DNA from: Mobula hypostoma
Taxonomy: Eukaryota
Direction: 5' to 3'
DNA: 64,000 nucleotides
Assembly: GCF_963921235.1 (NCBI RefSeq)
Contig: NC_086097.1
Location: 234,982,001 to 235,046,000 of the forward strand
Shown here: in pieces, positions 1 through 14,600 of the stretch
How positions within the stretch are numbered: the stretch's first letter is position 1
How the letters are laid out: each line of letters starts with the position of its first letter
The notes under the pieces: model-generated
Databases searched by the model: none
Told to the model about the DNA's origin: nothing
The model's input: only the letters and a program-made list of their open reading frames with translations
Made by a program: the position numbers and the translations under genes

Positions 1-589
1 TAACTGCACAAAGAATTTCACTCATTGGCTAAACTGATTGAACACTGTGCCTTAGACCATTGGGTTAACATGTGGTTTCATAACAGGCATTTATTATATA
101 TAATTATATGTATTAAGCATAAAATACATTATACATTAAACAAGTTGGACCTGTTTTCTGTCATTGGGCTAATCATCTCTGAAATATGCATTTCACTGAG
201 ATGTCCTTCTGGGCTGATCCCAGGAGCCTGTAAGATGCCAGCCACTAATTAACACTTAATGGAACATGGCAGCCAGGGACCTGAACTAGGACAGAATTAC
301 ACTGTCGCATGTAGCCTCCAGGTGAACGATGATGGATGCTTGTTGTCCCAAGCAAAGAAGGTGACGAGAATTATTTACTAGCAGCTCATGAGCTACAAGA
401 CATTACAGGAGTCCTGAGGAAACAATATAGTTGCAAATAATGGGCCTGCTCTTGGAGCCATCTCCATGGTAACAAGGTCTTAACTGAACAATTTGAAATA
501 AATAGCGTATAACCAACAGGCAGATGCTTTTAAGATGTAAGATGATTATGTTTGGAAGGCTTTGTCTGAAGAGAGTGATCTGACATAAG

Positions 590-2550
590 AGCATCCTCTG
601 GAGGGTGGATCCACAAAAACACCCAGCCCAGATGGAGTATCTGGCTGAGTTTACCTGTGCTGATCAACTGGCTGTAGTGTTCACAGATACCTTTAACCGA
701 TATTTTTAACCTCTTGCTTCAGCAGTCTGAGGTACCCACTTGCTTCAAGCAGACTTCAATCATACCAGTGCCTAAGAAGAACCTGGTAATCTGCCTCACT
801 GACTTTTGTCTAGTAGTACTTGCAAACACTCTGATGAAGTGCTTTGAGAGGCTGGTGATGAAACAAATCAACTCCTGCCTGGGAAGTGATTTGGATCAGC
901 TCCTATTTGCCTACTAAGTCCACAGCAGACGTCATTTTATTGGCTCTTCACTCAACCCTGGAACATCTGGATAGCAAAGATGCATACAGAAGGATGCCCT
1001 TCATCGATTACACTCGGAATTCAATAACATCATCCCCTCAAAACTAATCAATGAGTTTCAAGACGTTAGCCTCAATACCTCCTTGTGTAATTGGATCCTC
1101 ATTTTCCTCATTTGCAGGCTCCAGTCATTTCAGATTGGCAACAACACCTCTTTCACATTCTCCATCAGCAAAGATGCACCACAAAGCTATGTGCTTAGTT
1201 CCCTGCTCTGCTGGCTTTACAATTCTGGCTACGTGGCTAAGCACACCTCCAATGCCATATTTAGGTTTGCTGACAACACCACTCAGCAGTGTCACAAAAA
1301 CAACCTCTTATTCAATGTCAGCAAGACCAAGGAGCTGAAAATTGACTTCAGGAGGAGAAAACAGAGGTCCATCAGATCAGAGGTGGAAAAAAATTCCTTG
1401 GTGTCATCATTTCAGAGGATCTGTCCTGGGCCCAGTATGTATGTGCCATTATGAAGAAAGCATGGCCATGCCTCTACTTAGATGTTTGCAAAGGTTCAGC
1501 ATGACATCTAAAACTTTGACAAACTTTTATAGACGTGTGTTAGAAAGTATATTGACTGGCTGTATCAGTGCATTGACATGGGATCACCAATGCCCTTGAA
1601 TCAGAGTCAGGTTTATTATCACTGACGTGACATTTGTTAACATCAACAGCAGTTCAATGCAATACATAATCTAGCAGAGAGAACGTAATAATAATAATAA
1701 TACGTAATAATAAATAAACAAGTAAATCAATTACATATGTTGAATAATTTTTTAAAAACATGAACAAACAGAAATACTGTATATTAGAAAAAAGTAAGGT
1801 AGTGTCCACAGCTTCAATGTCCATTTGGGAATCAGATGGCAGGAGGGAAGAAGCTGTTCCTGAATCACTGAGTGTATGCCTTCAGGCTTCTGTACTTCCT
1901 ACCTGATGGTAACAGTGAGGAAAGGTAACAGTGAGGAGCTGGGTGCTGGTGGTCCTTAATAATGGATACTGCCTTTCTGAGACACCGCTCCCTAAGGATG
2001 TCCTGGGTCCTCTGTAGGCTAGTGCCCAAGATAGAACTGACTAGAATGGGAAAGCCTACAAGAAGTAGTGGATATGGCCCCCCCCCCACCACTAAGCACA
2101 CCTACATGGAGCGTTGTTGCAGGAAAGGAACATCCATTGTCAAGGGCTCCCACCATCTAGGCCGTGCTCTCTTCTCATTGCTGTCAGCATAAAGGTGGTA
2201 CAGGAGCCTCAGGACACACACCAATAGGTTCAGGAACAGTTTTTACCCCTCAACCATCAGGCTCTTGAGCAAAGGGAATAACTTCACTCTCCTCATTTCT
2301 GAACTGTTCCCATAACCTATGGAACCACGTTAAAGGACTGTTCATTCTTGATTTCAATATTTATTTATTCTTTTGCATTTCCACAGTTTGTGGTCTTTTG
2401 CACATCGGTTCTTTGTGCGTCCTGTTGGGTGCAATCCTTCATTGATTCCATTGTGTTTCTTGGGTTTACTGAGTATGTTCACAAGAACATGAATCTCAGG
2501 GTTGTATATGGTGACATATATGTTCTTTGGTAATAAATTCACTTTGAACG
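590..2550 (+). mobile_element. Rex1/Babar-like non-LTR retrotransposon, degraded RT plus 3' end, with an inverted copy nested at ~1600-2045
   Basis: ORF 714-917 PTCFKQTSIIPVPKK..MKCFERLV..DLDQLLFAY; CNWILIFL..FRFADNTT..NVSKTKEL; FYRRVLESILTGCI. Many stops and frameshifts. Confidence 0.8.
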
Positions 2551-2634
2551 GTGAATAGACACTTCTTGTTTTGGATTTATCAAGAACCAAATTGACGCTT
2601 TGTGTGCTCATGAATATGTTTTATTGTAAATCTA

Positions 2635-3090
2635 AGAAATGAATTGACTTTATTACTTATATCCTTCATATACATGAATAAAAATCTTTACATTGTATCT
2701 CGTCTAACTTACAGTTATTTATGATAAATAGTATGAACAGCAGGATGGTCGATATAATAGAAATGCAATTGTATCAGCATGAATTAATCAGTCTGATGGC
2801 CTGGTGGAAGAAGCTGTCGTGGAACCTGTTGTTCCTGGCTTTTCTGCTGTGGTACGGTTTCCCAGATGGTAGCAGCTGGAACAGTTTGTGGTTGGGGTGA
2901 CTCACGTCCGTAGTGATCCTTTGGGCCCTTTTTTCACACCTGTCTTTGTAAATGTCCTGAATAGTCGGAAGTTCACGTCTACAGATGTGCTGGGCTATCC
3001 GCACCACTCTCTGCAGGGTCCTGCGATTGAGGGAAGTACAGGTCCCATACCAGGCAGTGATGCAGCCAGTCAGGATGCTCTCAATTAAAC
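2635..3090 (-). mobile_element. Rex1/Babar-like LINE 3' fragment
   Basis: ORF 2774-3007 HPNHKLFQLLPSGK..RFHDSFFHQAIRLIN, typical C-terminus of this family. Confidence 0.75.
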
Positions 3091-4107
3091 TGGATGCTCC
3101 GTATAATTAGTCAGAGAGCAAAAGAGACCATAAGACCAGAAGACATCAACATCATCATCAATATGTGCTGAGTTGTATGATGTGGGCGATGATGATCTTT
3201 GCCCTTGATTGCTCTTGATAAATTTTTCTACAGAAGTAGTTTGCCTTTTCCTTCTTCTGGGTGGTCTTTAAAAGATGGGTGGCCCCAGCTATTATTAATA
3301 CACTTCAGTAAAGACACAAGAGCTGAATTCGGCTATTTAGCCTATCAAGTCTGTTCTACAATTTAATCAGGGCTGATTTATTATTCTTCTCAACCCCATT
3401 CTCCTGCCTGAGGGAGAGAGAGAGTTTGTGTGTAGACTTCACAGGTAAAAAGATAGTGCTTCTTTCCCTCTCTCTTACCTCAGGATGAAAGGTAGATTTA
3501 AAAAGCATGTTTCTATTTGATCTCAAAATGGGCTGCTGGATTGATCCTGTTGCTCCACAAACTTTGGCCAACTTAGTGAGGTTTTTCCATTGAGTGGACA
3601 CTTGGCGCTCTCTGAGCATCACCTGGATGAGTGAATATATTTGATACAAACCCATTGGCTGTTAGTCTCTTTGTGGGAAATCACTACTTCTGAAGGCCAT
3701 TAAATTAAACCGATTACCTCAGACAGAATGACGAAGCATCCCAAGTATTCCATGGCAAGTGTAATGGATAGTGAAATTTACTTTATGTGAAAGTGCATGT
3801 GAATGTTTGCCTCATCATTTCTTTATGTAATGGCAAATCCTTAAAATGTGTCCGCAACCTATGTTCAGTGTCAGACCTGGATAGACTGAGAACTGTAGGC
3901 TATTAACTCTTTATGCTTTTGTCTGTTGAGTAGTTGATTTCTCTAAGTTTTTAAAATCAAGGCTCAGAGTGAATTTTAATTTAAAAGATCAAAAATTACA
4001 CTTTTAATGCAGACATGGACATGCAGTTCTTTAACCAAATGAACCAATTTCACCCTGGAATTAAATGTAAGATGTGGGCTTGAAGTCAAATCAGCAATAG
4101 TCTAACC

Positions 4108-5420
4108 ACAAACACGAGAAAATCTGCAGGTACTGGAAATCCAAGCAACACTCACCAAATGCAGGAGGAACTCAGCAGGCCAGGCAACACCTATGGAAAA
4201 GAGTATAGTCTACGTTTTTCCCTCCCCCCCCCACTCTTTACTTTCCGCAGGGATTGATCCCTACGCAACTCCTTAGACCATTCGTCCCTTCCCACTTACC
4301 TCCCTCCTGACACTTATCCTTGCAAGCGGAATAAGTGCTACACCTGCACCTACACCTCCTCCCTCACTACCATTCAGTGTCCCAAACAGTCCTTCCAGAT
4401 GAGGCAACATTTCACCTGTTGGAGTCAGCTACTGTATTTAGTGCTCCCAGTGTGGCCTCCTGTACATCAGTGAGACCCAACACAGATCGGGAGACCGCTT
4501 CACCGAGCACCTATGCTCCATATGCCAGAGAAAGCCAGTCATCCCAGTGGCCACACATTTTAATTCCACTTCCCTTTCTGACATGTCAGTCCATCCCCTC
4601 CTCTACTGCCACAATGAGGGCAGACTAAGGTTGAAGGAGCAACACCTTATATTCCATCTGGTTAGCCTCCAACCTGAAGGCATGAACTTCTGGTGCAGAC
4701 AGCCCAGCACAATTGTAGTTGTGCACTTCCCATGATTCAGGATATTTACAAGGACATATGTAAAAAGGGCCCGTAGGATCATTGGGACCCAAGTCATCCC
4801 AACCACAATCCATTCCAGCTGCTACCATCTGGGAAGCAGTACCACAGCATAAAAGTCAGGACTAACAGGCTCCCGACAGCTTCTTCCACCAGGCCATCAG
4901 ACTGATGAACTCACGCTGATTTGAGTGTGTTCTATATTACGTTGACTGTTCTACGTTTGTATTTATTATAAATTATTATAAATTACTATGATTGCACATG
5001 GCACATTTAGATGGAGACGTAACAAAGATTTTTACTCGTGTATGTGAAGGACGTAAGAAATAAAGTCAATTCAATAATGTCCCTGCCCCCCCCTTCACCA
5101 TTCCCATTTCCCTCTCTCACCTCATTTCCTTATCTACCTATCACCTCCTCCTCCCCTTCCCTTTCTTCCATGGATTTCTGTCCTCTCCTATTAGATTCCC
5201 CCTTCTTCAGCCCTGTATCTCTTTCACCAATTAACTTCCCAGCTCTTTACTTCACCCCTCCCTCACTTCTGGTTTCACCTATCACTTGTGTTTCTCCCTC
5301 CCCCTCCCCACCCCCCCCTTTCTTACTCTGACTCATCATTTTTCCCCCATCCTGATGAAGGATCTCAGCCCAAAATGTCTGTCAACTGCACTTTCTGTAG
5401 CATTTTGTGTGTGTTGCTCA
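4108..5420 (+). mobile_element. Penelope-like element remnant (GIY-YIG endonuclease plus terminal repeat), interrupted by a Rex1-like piece at ~4690-5070
   Basis: TYPCKRNKCYTCTY, VATHFNS..RLKEQHLIFHLVSLQPEGMN; homologous to 25585-26657. Confidence 0.75.
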
Positions 5421-5806
5421 GTTATAGTGTCTTGTTGCAAGTCAATGAGCTTTTAAAAATAATGTCTTAATCCAATTATTCTTATTTCATTCAGTCTAAA
5501 TAGAATGATTCTGAATCTTATAAGTGAATAACACTGTTAATCAATTGTAATGACACTCATTTGCCATTGGTTGTAATGCTGTCAATGTAGTGAAATTGAT
5601 CTTTTCTGACAGAGAGCATCTCTGTTTTAGTGTATCAGTGAATAGAGATTTAATTGGTGATGAATGTGTTTATCGAAAAATAATGGTTGTTTTCAGTGTG
5701 TGAATGGAAAAGAATAAAGTCACAAAATATTGGTTTATATTGGGACTTCCCTAAAATTATAGTCAGTAGAGGATATTAGCCTGATTTAAAAGATTGTTAT
5801 AATATG

Positions 5807-6160
5807 CAGTACTGTGCAAAAGTCTTCGGTGTATATATATAGCAAGGGTGCCTGAGACTTTTGCAGAGTACTGTTGTAATTTTATATATTGCACTGTACT
5901 GCTGCTACAAAATAATTGTGACATATGTGAGTGATGATAAACCTAATTCTATTCTGGGTTTCTATTGTGGACTGAGAGCGGGAAAGGGGAATCATGGTTA
6001 GAAAAAGGGGAAGGGAGAGGGGAGGAAGCTGGAAGCACCAGAGAAACATTCTGGAATGATCAATAATTAGTTCCACATCAGCTAATACAATAAAGTGCAA
6101 AAGTCTTAGGCACTCTAGCTCAATATATATCAACACCAAAGACTTTTGCACAGTACTGTA
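5807..6160. repeat. Non-autonomous repeat with CAGTACTGTGCAAAAGTCTT short inverted modules; related copies at ~11620-12050 and ~18300-18800
   Basis: Recurrent cagtactgtgcaaaagtctt...gacttttgcacagtactg hairpins and shared internal sequence. Confidence 0.55.
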
Positions 6161-6269
6161 TGCATTTGCAAATAGGTAATTAATTAATTATAAAGAGGCC
6201 CATGCATTACTACGGTATAGGATGATTAACATGGGGATCAGGAGAGTAGATCAATATATCCAATATATT

Positions 6270-7846
6270 CAGTGTCTATAAAAAAGTCACTCATCTTGGA
6301 AGTTTTCATGTTTTATTGTTTTGCAACATTGAATCACAGTAGATTTAACTTGCCTTTTTTGACACTGGTCAACAGAAAAGACTCTTTCATATCAAAATGA
6401 AAACAAATTTCTACAAATTGGTCTAAATTTATTACAATTATTAAACACAAAATAATTGATTTCATAATTACTCACCTCCTTCAAGTCAGTATTTAGTAGG
6501 TGCACCTTGGGCAGCAATTACAGTCTTGAATCTGTGTGGATAGGTCTCTATCAGCTTTGCACATCTGGACACTGCATATTTTCCCCATTCTTCTTCACTA
6601 GACTGCTGAAGCTCAGTCAGATTGCATGGAGGATTGTGAGCGAACAGCTTTTTTCAAGTCCTGGAAAATTCTCAATTAGATTGTCTGGACTCTGACTTGG
6701 CCACTCCAGGTCATTAACTTTGTTGTTTTTAAGCCGTTCCTGCGTAGCTTTGACTTTATGCTTTGGGTCTTGCTGGAAAACAAATTTCTTTCAAGTCACA
6801 GTACTCTTGTAGATTGCATCAGCATTTATTTTACCCTCTACCTTCACAAGCCTTCCACTACCTGCTGCAATGAAGCATCCCCATAGCATGATGTTGCTAC
6901 CACCATGCTTCACAGTAGAGATTGTCTTTTTGATGATGCGAAGTGTTTGGCTTATGCCAAACATAGCTTTCAGTCTTTTGGCCAAAAAACTCAATTTTTC
7001 TTTCCTCAGACCATAGAACCATCTTCCAGCTGACTTCAAAGTCTTCCACATACCTTCTAGCAAATTCTAGCCAAGATTTCATGTGAGGTTTTTTTTTCCC
7101 CATCAGTGGCTTTCTCTTTGCCACTCCCCCGTCAAGTTGCAACTGGTGAAGCCCCCGGGCACTGTCTCTTCCATCTCAATTACTGAAGCCTGTAACTCCT
7201 CTAGAGTTGTCATAGGTTACTTGGTGGCCTCCCTCACTAGTCCCCTTCTTGCACGATCAATCAGTTTTTGAGGACAGTCTGCTCTCGGCAGATTTACAGC
7301 TATCCAGTATTCTTCCCATTTTGCAACTGTGCTCCAAGGGATATTCAGTGACTTGGAAATGTTCTTGTGTCCATCTCCTGACTTGTGTTTTTCAATAACC
7401 TTTTCATGAAGTTGTATGGAGTGTTTATTTTCTCTCCATGGGATAGTTTTTGCCAGGATCCTGACTCACCATCAGGTGGACCTTCAAGATGCAGGTGAAT
7501 TTTTACTATAATCAATTGAAACCCCTTGACTGCACACAGGTGATCTCCATTTAATAAATAATGTGCCTTCTAAAACCATTTGGCTGCACCAGTGATGACC
7601 TGGTGTGTCATATTAAGGGGAGGGGGGTTGAATACTTATGAAATCAATTATGCGTGTTTTATATTTGTAATTAATTTAGACCACTGTCGAGATTTGTTTT
7701 CACTTTGACATGGAAGAGTCTTTTTTCTGTTGATCAGTGTCAAAAAAAAAGCAAAATTAAATCCTCTATGATTCAATGTTCAAAAACAATAACACATGAA
7801 AACTTCCAGGGGTGGGGGGGGGGGTGAATACTTTTTATAGGCTTTG
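6270..7846 (-). mobile_element. Tc1-like DNA transposon, defective transposase, ~200-bp inverted repeats
   Basis: [16 protein letters not shown] and [27 protein letters not shown] motifs; long imperfect TIRs starting CAGTG; TA after the right end. Confidence 0.9.
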
Positions 7847-8139
7847 TATGTAGATTCCAACATGACTGAATGGGATGGCATGGTAAAGAGGATCTCTCCA
7901 ATGGGATATAAGTAGATAGGGTCAGTGTCGGCTGGTGAACATTAGTAGGAAATTGAAAGATTGTTTTATGTGGTTTCAAAAGAACTGGGTTCTGTGCGTT
8001 GGAGATTAGTCCATGCAATTTAGAACCAATCCAAGCTGCCTACAAAGTTATTGGTCTGCAATACACATAGCCTGAATATTATGTCATCACCAGAGAAAAT
8101 CAGCTCTAATATGGTGAAATCAAACAGCAGATAAACGAG

Positions 8140-8595
8140 ACTAAAGCGAAGAGATTCTGGAAATGCTGGAAATCTGGAGCAACACACACAAAATGCTGGA
8201 GGAACTCTGTAGGCATGCATCATCTACGGACAGTAATAAATAGTTGATGTTTAGGGCCGGGACCCTACTTACGAATGGAAAGGAAGGGTGAAGAAGCCAG
8301 AATAAGAAGTGGGGAGGAGGGAAATGAGTACAATCTGGCAGGAGATAGATGAAACCAGGAGAACAGAAAGTGAGAAAAAGGTGTGGGACGGGTGGATAAA
8401 GTTAGAAGCTGCGAGATGTGAGATGGAAGAGGTAAAGGGTTGAAGGAAAAGAAATCTGATAGGAGGGGAGAGTGAATCGTGGGAGAAGGGCAAGGAGGAG
8501 AGGCACCAGAGAGAGGTGATGGGCTGGTGAGGAGAAGAGAAGGGGTGAGAGGGAAGCCATACACAGAATGAAAAATGAGAGAAGGGGGAGAGTGG
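8140..8595 (-). mobile_element. Penelope-like element 3' tail (pyrimidine-rich region plus terminal repeat)
   Basis: Reverse-complement similarity to 26260-26657 and 5075-5420. Confidence 0.65.
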
Positions 8596-9907
8596 TATGT
8601 AACTTCTGTTTTGCACCAATATTGGAGTTACAGGCTTAAACTGGACAGAAAAAAAATACCATTGTTTCAGGCACAATATAGCATAAAGTACACCCCCGGA
8701 AGTATCCATTCCCCATTGGCCAGAAGGAAATTAAAGAGGTACTAATCTCCCAGCAGCACATGATGTTTGTGTTGATATATAGTATGTCTCTGGCAAGAGC
8801 CTGTAGATTAGAAAGTAGCCTGTCATGCAGCTGGTAAGGATGAAACATCACAGGGACCCTTGCATCTCTTTCCAGACCTTCTTAGGAAACACAGAATCCA
8901 CATGGAGGTTCATTATCCATCCTTCTACAGCACAGCCATTTTAAGGGCAGCCTGTCTGGGAAATGAGATTCTGATCTGTCAGAGATGGCATTCTCACTGT
9001 CAGCCAAGCTAGGTCCTCATGCTTGATGATGGAACTTGGCATTGAGGCATTTTGCATTGTCTTTGACACTCTGCACAGGGTATATCACATCTTTTTCTTA
9101 CAGGACAGATAAAACATTTCTTGCTGACCACTGCCTGATGGACTTATAGTAAAAGATGCTTGTTCTGCAGAAAATTTCGATTAATGATAGGTAGTGCAGA
9201 AAGATCTAAATGAATTGAATATTGCGTGGTGTTATATTTTGTAACTTCAAAACATTAAACGAATTCAAAGGAAGACACGGGAGTCCGAAATGTGCGGCTC
9301 ACTTCGTTTGTCACTTTACGCAAGCCACAAGCGTATCATGTGGTAGCTTGATGATGTATGCAATTCGCACATTTTTACATATAACCACAATGAATTACAT
9401 AAAAATAAAGAATGCTTAATACAGCAATATACATAGAAAATAACTCAAATTTTTCTGAAATTTAAATGCCTACCATGCAGTAACAAAGGCTGGCCCCATC
9501 CTTTGCATCACTGGGACCAGGTAAAAACTATGGCATTTTAACACACAGAACTGCAGAAAAGGATTTGCAGGTTGTTAGTATGTCTGGTCATGTGTTTAAA
9601 ACTGCTATGCTTTATCGAATCAGAAAGAGAATGCAAGTATTCATCATTCAGGTGAATTGGCATCTCTCTCCCTCAGAACAAGGTGAAAAATTGATGGAAT
9701 AAATTCCTTTCTGCTTGACCTGAGAGTGTAATGTTTGAATGATTCTCTTGTTCTGCAACAGGGTTAGGCAACTAAATGCAAAGTCAAAACAATACAGTAA
9801 AGTTAAACTTCAGCAAGTCAGGGCAAGTTTCCTCCAGCATTTTATGTGTGTTGCTTAAAAGTTCCCGCATCTGCAGTATCTCCTCTGTCTGAAGTTCCGT
9901 TTTTGAG

Positions 9908-10285
9908 TCATCATCATCATCATTATGTGCCATGTTGTATGACGTGGGTGATTATAGTCGACGACCATGATTGTTCTTGGCAAATTTCTCTACAGAACTG
10001 GTTGGCCAGTGTGTAGTGTCTTTACAAGATGGGTGACCCCAGCCATTATCAATACTCTTCAGAGATTGTCTGCCTAGTGTCAGTCAGTGGTCACATAAAC
10101 AAGATTGTGATACGTACCAGCTGCTCATACGACCATGCACAACCTGCTCCCATGGCTCAATGTGACCCTGATCGGGGGGCTTGGCAGCAACTACAACTTG
10201 CCCAAGGGTGACCTGCAGAATAGTGGAGGGACAGAGTGCCTTACACCTCCTTATTTGATAGGGGCATTTCTCCACCATGCCACCC
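9908..10285 (-). repeat. SINE-like repeat with (GAT)n tail, possibly RTE-mobilised; copies at ~3145-3310 and ~13270-13622
   Basis: Three homologous copies sharing gggtgaccccagccattatcaatactcttcag. Confidence 0.6.
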
Positions 10286-10599
10286 TTATTTAAGAGTACT
10301 AGAGGAATTTTAAATTGTAGGGGTTTAAGTGATATAAAAACTAAGTACAATGATGAACAGTTTGAGCAAAAACAAGATACATCAATAGTTAACGTACTGC
10401 TACTGCAGAAATTGGCAAGAACCCTGTTCAATGCAGTTGAATGCGTAGCTTTCAAAATAGTAGGAACACTGAAGTTCAATGTTAGTGTGATGTGAATCCT
10501 TACCCGGATGTACCACAGTAAAGCAGCAATGGAAGGGTTCCTTAGGAAGAACACAGAATTAGAGTGATGGTCTAACATTGAAGAACTTTAGCTTTCATC

Positions 10600-12545
10600 A
10601 GTTATGGACAAAATGCCAAAGTGTAGCAAAAGGGTTAACCAATAGAAAGCAAGGAGTTGAAATAAAGTGGTGTCTCTATAGTTGGCAGTCGATGGTGAAC
10701 AGAGTGCTGTAGAGGTCAATGCCGGGCCTGCAACTGTTCGTGATAAATATTATTGATTAGAATGTCACCCGATTTGAATATGACTCAAGTGCGGAGTGAG
10801 AGACACTGAAGCAGGTCGATAGCTCATAGACTTTAATGCGAACAGCGTTAAAGGGAAAGAAAACAATAAACACTAGGCTGAACAAGGCCGTTAACTAAAA
10901 CTCTCAAATGGAAAACGAAGCTTACACTGCGGCTGAAAAGAACAACTAAGAATAAAAAGAATGCCGCTGGTCTTCAGGCAACACACATCGAAGTTGCTGG
11001 TGAACGCAGCAGGCCAGGCCAGTCTTCAGAGTCATTTGACTCGATAGTTCAATTTCTCCGGCAGGGCGGAATGCAAGCCGGCAGCGAAGCGTTGCTGTGT
11101 CCAAGCCTCAACAAATACTACGATGGAATGAATAGTGTTATATACTATCACAATGAAATAATAATTAACTGACGCGTGCATATTCACAAGAGAAAATTCC
11201 GTATCTGCTGCTTTACCGAATCCGGGGTTGTGACATAGAAAGAGTGAACTGAGTTTGCTGATGACTCTAAATTAAGCAGGAGCAAATTGTACAGAGGATA
11301 TGGAGAGTCTTCAGAGAGATAGACCTGTAGATAAGTTAAGTGAGTGAACAAGGTTCTGGTAGATGGAGCCCAGTGTTGGTAAATGGGGGTGGTGTCATCC
11401 ACTTTGGAAGGAAACATAGAACATCTGATTATTATTTAAACAGTGAAAGACTGCAGTATGCTGCTTTGCTGAGGGATTCAGGTGAGGCAAATGGAATATC
11501 GGACTTCATTGCTACAGGGATTGAATTCGAGAGCGGGTGGGTTGCATTGCAATTGTACAGGGTACTGGTGAGTTCACACCTTGATTACCACATGCAGTTC
11601 TGCTCTTCTTACTAGAGGAAAGATATACAGTACTATAACATATGTGAGTGATGATAAACCTGATTCTGATATGGGTCTCTATTGTGGACTGAGAAAGGGC
11701 AGGGGACAGGGTGAGGGATGGGGAATGGGGAAGGGAGAGGAGAGGGAGTGGAGTGAGTAGATCCAGACAGATGTTCTGTAATGATCAGTCAATTGTTTGG
11801 AATCAAATGGCCTTGCCTGGTGTCTCAGGGCTGGGTGTGTCTACACTCGTGACAAGCCCTGCTCCTGGCACTCCTCTGCCACCTCTTCCACAGCCCTCCT
11901 ACAGTGCTCCACCTCACCATTCCTAACATCCTTTGCTCCTGCTAGATTTGCAAACTTGCTCTCCACTCCACGTTGACAAATACAGTAGTGTGCAAAAGTC
12001 TTAGGCGTTGTATACATACCTACACACATTACTTCTGCAGAGTACTGGTACTGGCTTTGGAGACAATGTAGAGGAAGCTCACCAGGTTGATTCTGAGGTG
12101 AAGAGTCTAGCCTATGAAGAGGGATTGCATTGTCTGGAAACATAATCTTTGGAATTCAGAAGAATGAGAGGGCATCTTACAGAGAGAGATAAAATTATGG
12201 AAGCGATAAATAAGGTAGAGGCAGTAAAGCTGTTTCGACTAGTGAACAAAACTAGATCTCGGGGACATAGCGTCAGGTTTCAAGGGAATAGATTTAGGAT
12301 GGAAATGAGAAGAATCAACTTTTGGCGGAAAGTAGTGTATCTGAGAATTTCTCTGCCCAGGGAAGCAGTAGAAACTACCTCATTAAATATAGTTAAGATA
12401 ATTTAGATACATTTTTGAATAGCGGGGGAATTAAAGGTAATGGGGAAGATTCCAGTAGTGGAGCTGAGCCCATTGCAATGATCTTATTGAATGGCAGAGC
12501 AGGCTGGACAGGCAAGTTGGCCTATTTCTGCTCCTGTTCCGTTAA
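10600..12545 (+). mobile_element. Degraded CR1 LINE 3' region with nested insertions
   Basis: VIHFGRK, LYRVLVSSHLDY..QFCS, EFRRMRG..TRSRGHS motifs. Confidence 0.75.
10763..11235. mobile_element. Solo LTR (473 bp)
   Basis: TGTCAC...GTGACA termini, 5-bp TSD TAGAA on both sides. Confidence 0.8.
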
Positions 12546-13866
12546 GTTCTTCCATGCATGTACAAATCTAGATTTTATCCAATGCTCCTTTAAAATATGA
12601 AGGGAAATACTGTAGCATGTGGAGAAACGAGACCACTTTGATTGCTTGCATTAGTAACATGCATTCACACAACTTTGGGAGGTCAATTAGAAAACAGTTC
12701 TTCTTGTCTTGGCAGAGATTTCTCTGAGCTCCTCATGTTACTATTGAGCTTGCTGGTCTTTGTATTGATAAGCCTTTACATGCTACTGCATGATTACTGA
12801 AGGAGGCGTCCTTGGCAGACAGCAGCCAGGGGAATGATAATGATTACATATTCAAACTTCCAGGAGCAAATAAAGAATAATGTTGCTATGAACTGGATTT
12901 CTTAAATTTCATTAAAAAATTTACTGGCTGATAGGCTAGCGGGCAAAGAGGATGTACCAACGATAAAAAAATCTCTATATATTAATTTTGATAAGAAAAA
13001 CATGTAAATGATCTAAAATTGGAAGACAACACAGTTTATCAATGAAAAGAAAAACAAGAATTTCTGTTGCTGGCTTTTAGAGTTTGAAGTCAGTTGCATG
13101 AGTTTCAGTTTCCATCAAATAGGTATATTTGAATTTGAATTAAATTGACTTTATTTCTTACATCCTTCACATACATAAGGAGTAAAAATCTTTATGTTAC
13201 GTCTCTGTCTAAATGTGCAATGTGATTCAAGGTTTATTTGATTCAAGGTATATTTTAACTTGTTCGTTTGTTATGTGTTGTGTTGTATGCTGTAGGTGTC
13301 ATGGTTTTTCTATGACCATGGTTGTTCTTGGGAAAATTTTCTATAGAAATGGGTTGCCATTGCCTTCTGGGCGGTGCCTTTACGAAATGGGTGATCCCAG
13401 CCATTATCAATACTCTTCAGTGATGATCTGCCTAGAATCAGTGGTCACATAATTAGGACGTAATATGCACCAGCTGTTCATATGACTATCCACCACCTGC
13501 TCCCATGGCTTCACATGACCCTGATCATGGGGCTGAGCAGATGCTACACCTTTCTCAAGGGAGGCCTGAAGGCTAGCTGAGGGAAGGAGAGCCTTTGGTA
13601 GAGATGTATCTCCACCCTGCCATACTTTAACTAAAACTCTTATAACTATTTGATCCAAGTACTTAATGTTTCATAAGTGTATGGTTATTGATTCTTCCAG
13701 ATGGTCTACATATCTCTTCCCCATACAGACCTGCAACGCTTTCTTGACTGAGGTCAAGTCCGGTAAAGTTTGAAAAGGGTAGAGGGGGAGCGTTCAGGGC
13801 TTCGATGTTCTATCATTCATTCTATGAGTTCTCTTGTTTCATGGATGTCTGTGAGCAGTATAAATT

Positions 13867-14600
13867 TACAAAGTAAATGGCAGGATACTTGGTAGTGTGG
13901 AGGAGCAGAGGGATCTCGGGGTTCATGTCCACAGAACCCTGAAAGTTGCCTCACAGGTAGATAGGGTAGTTAAGAAAGCTTATGGGGTGTTAGCTTTCAT
14001 AAGTCGAGGGATAGAGTTTAAGAGTCGCGATGTAATGATGCAGTTCTATAAAACTCTGGTTAGGCCACACTTGGAGTACTGTGTCCAGTTCTGGTCACCT
14101 CACTATAGGAAGGATGTGGAAGCATTGGAAAGGGTACAGAGGAGATTTACCAGGAAGCTGCCTGGTTTAGAGAGTATGCATTATGATCAGAGGTTAAGGG
14201 AGCTAGGGCTTTACTCTTTGGAGAGAAGGAGGATAAGAGGAGACATGATAGAGGTGTACAAGATAATAAGAGGAATAGATAGAGTGGATAGCCAGCGCCT
14301 CTTCCCCAGGGCACCACTGCTCAATACAAGAGGATATGGCTTTAAGGTAAGGGGTGGGAAGTTCAAGGGGGATATTAGAGGAAGGTTTTTTACTCAGAGA
14401 GTGGTTGGTGCGTGGAATGCACTGCCTGAGTCAGTGGTGGAGGCAGATACACTAGTGACGTTTAAGAGACTACTAGACAGGTATATGGAGGAATCTAAGG
14501 TGGGGGCTTATATGGGAGGCAGGGTTTGAGGGTCGGCACAACATTGTGGGCCGAAGGGCCTGTACTGTGCTGTACTATTCTATGTTCCATGTTCTTCTAT
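13867..14600 (+). mobile_element. Young 5'-truncated CR1 LINE (ORF2 C-terminus open for 210 aa)
   Basis: ORF 13897-14529 QRDLGV..YKTLVRPHLEYCVQFWSPHYRKD..LERVQRRFT..FFTQRVV; (CTATGTT)n-type tail. Confidence 0.92.

Noticed and set aside
10084..10578. 164-aa minus-strand ORF
   Set aside because: Runs into a SINE-like repeat; no motif.
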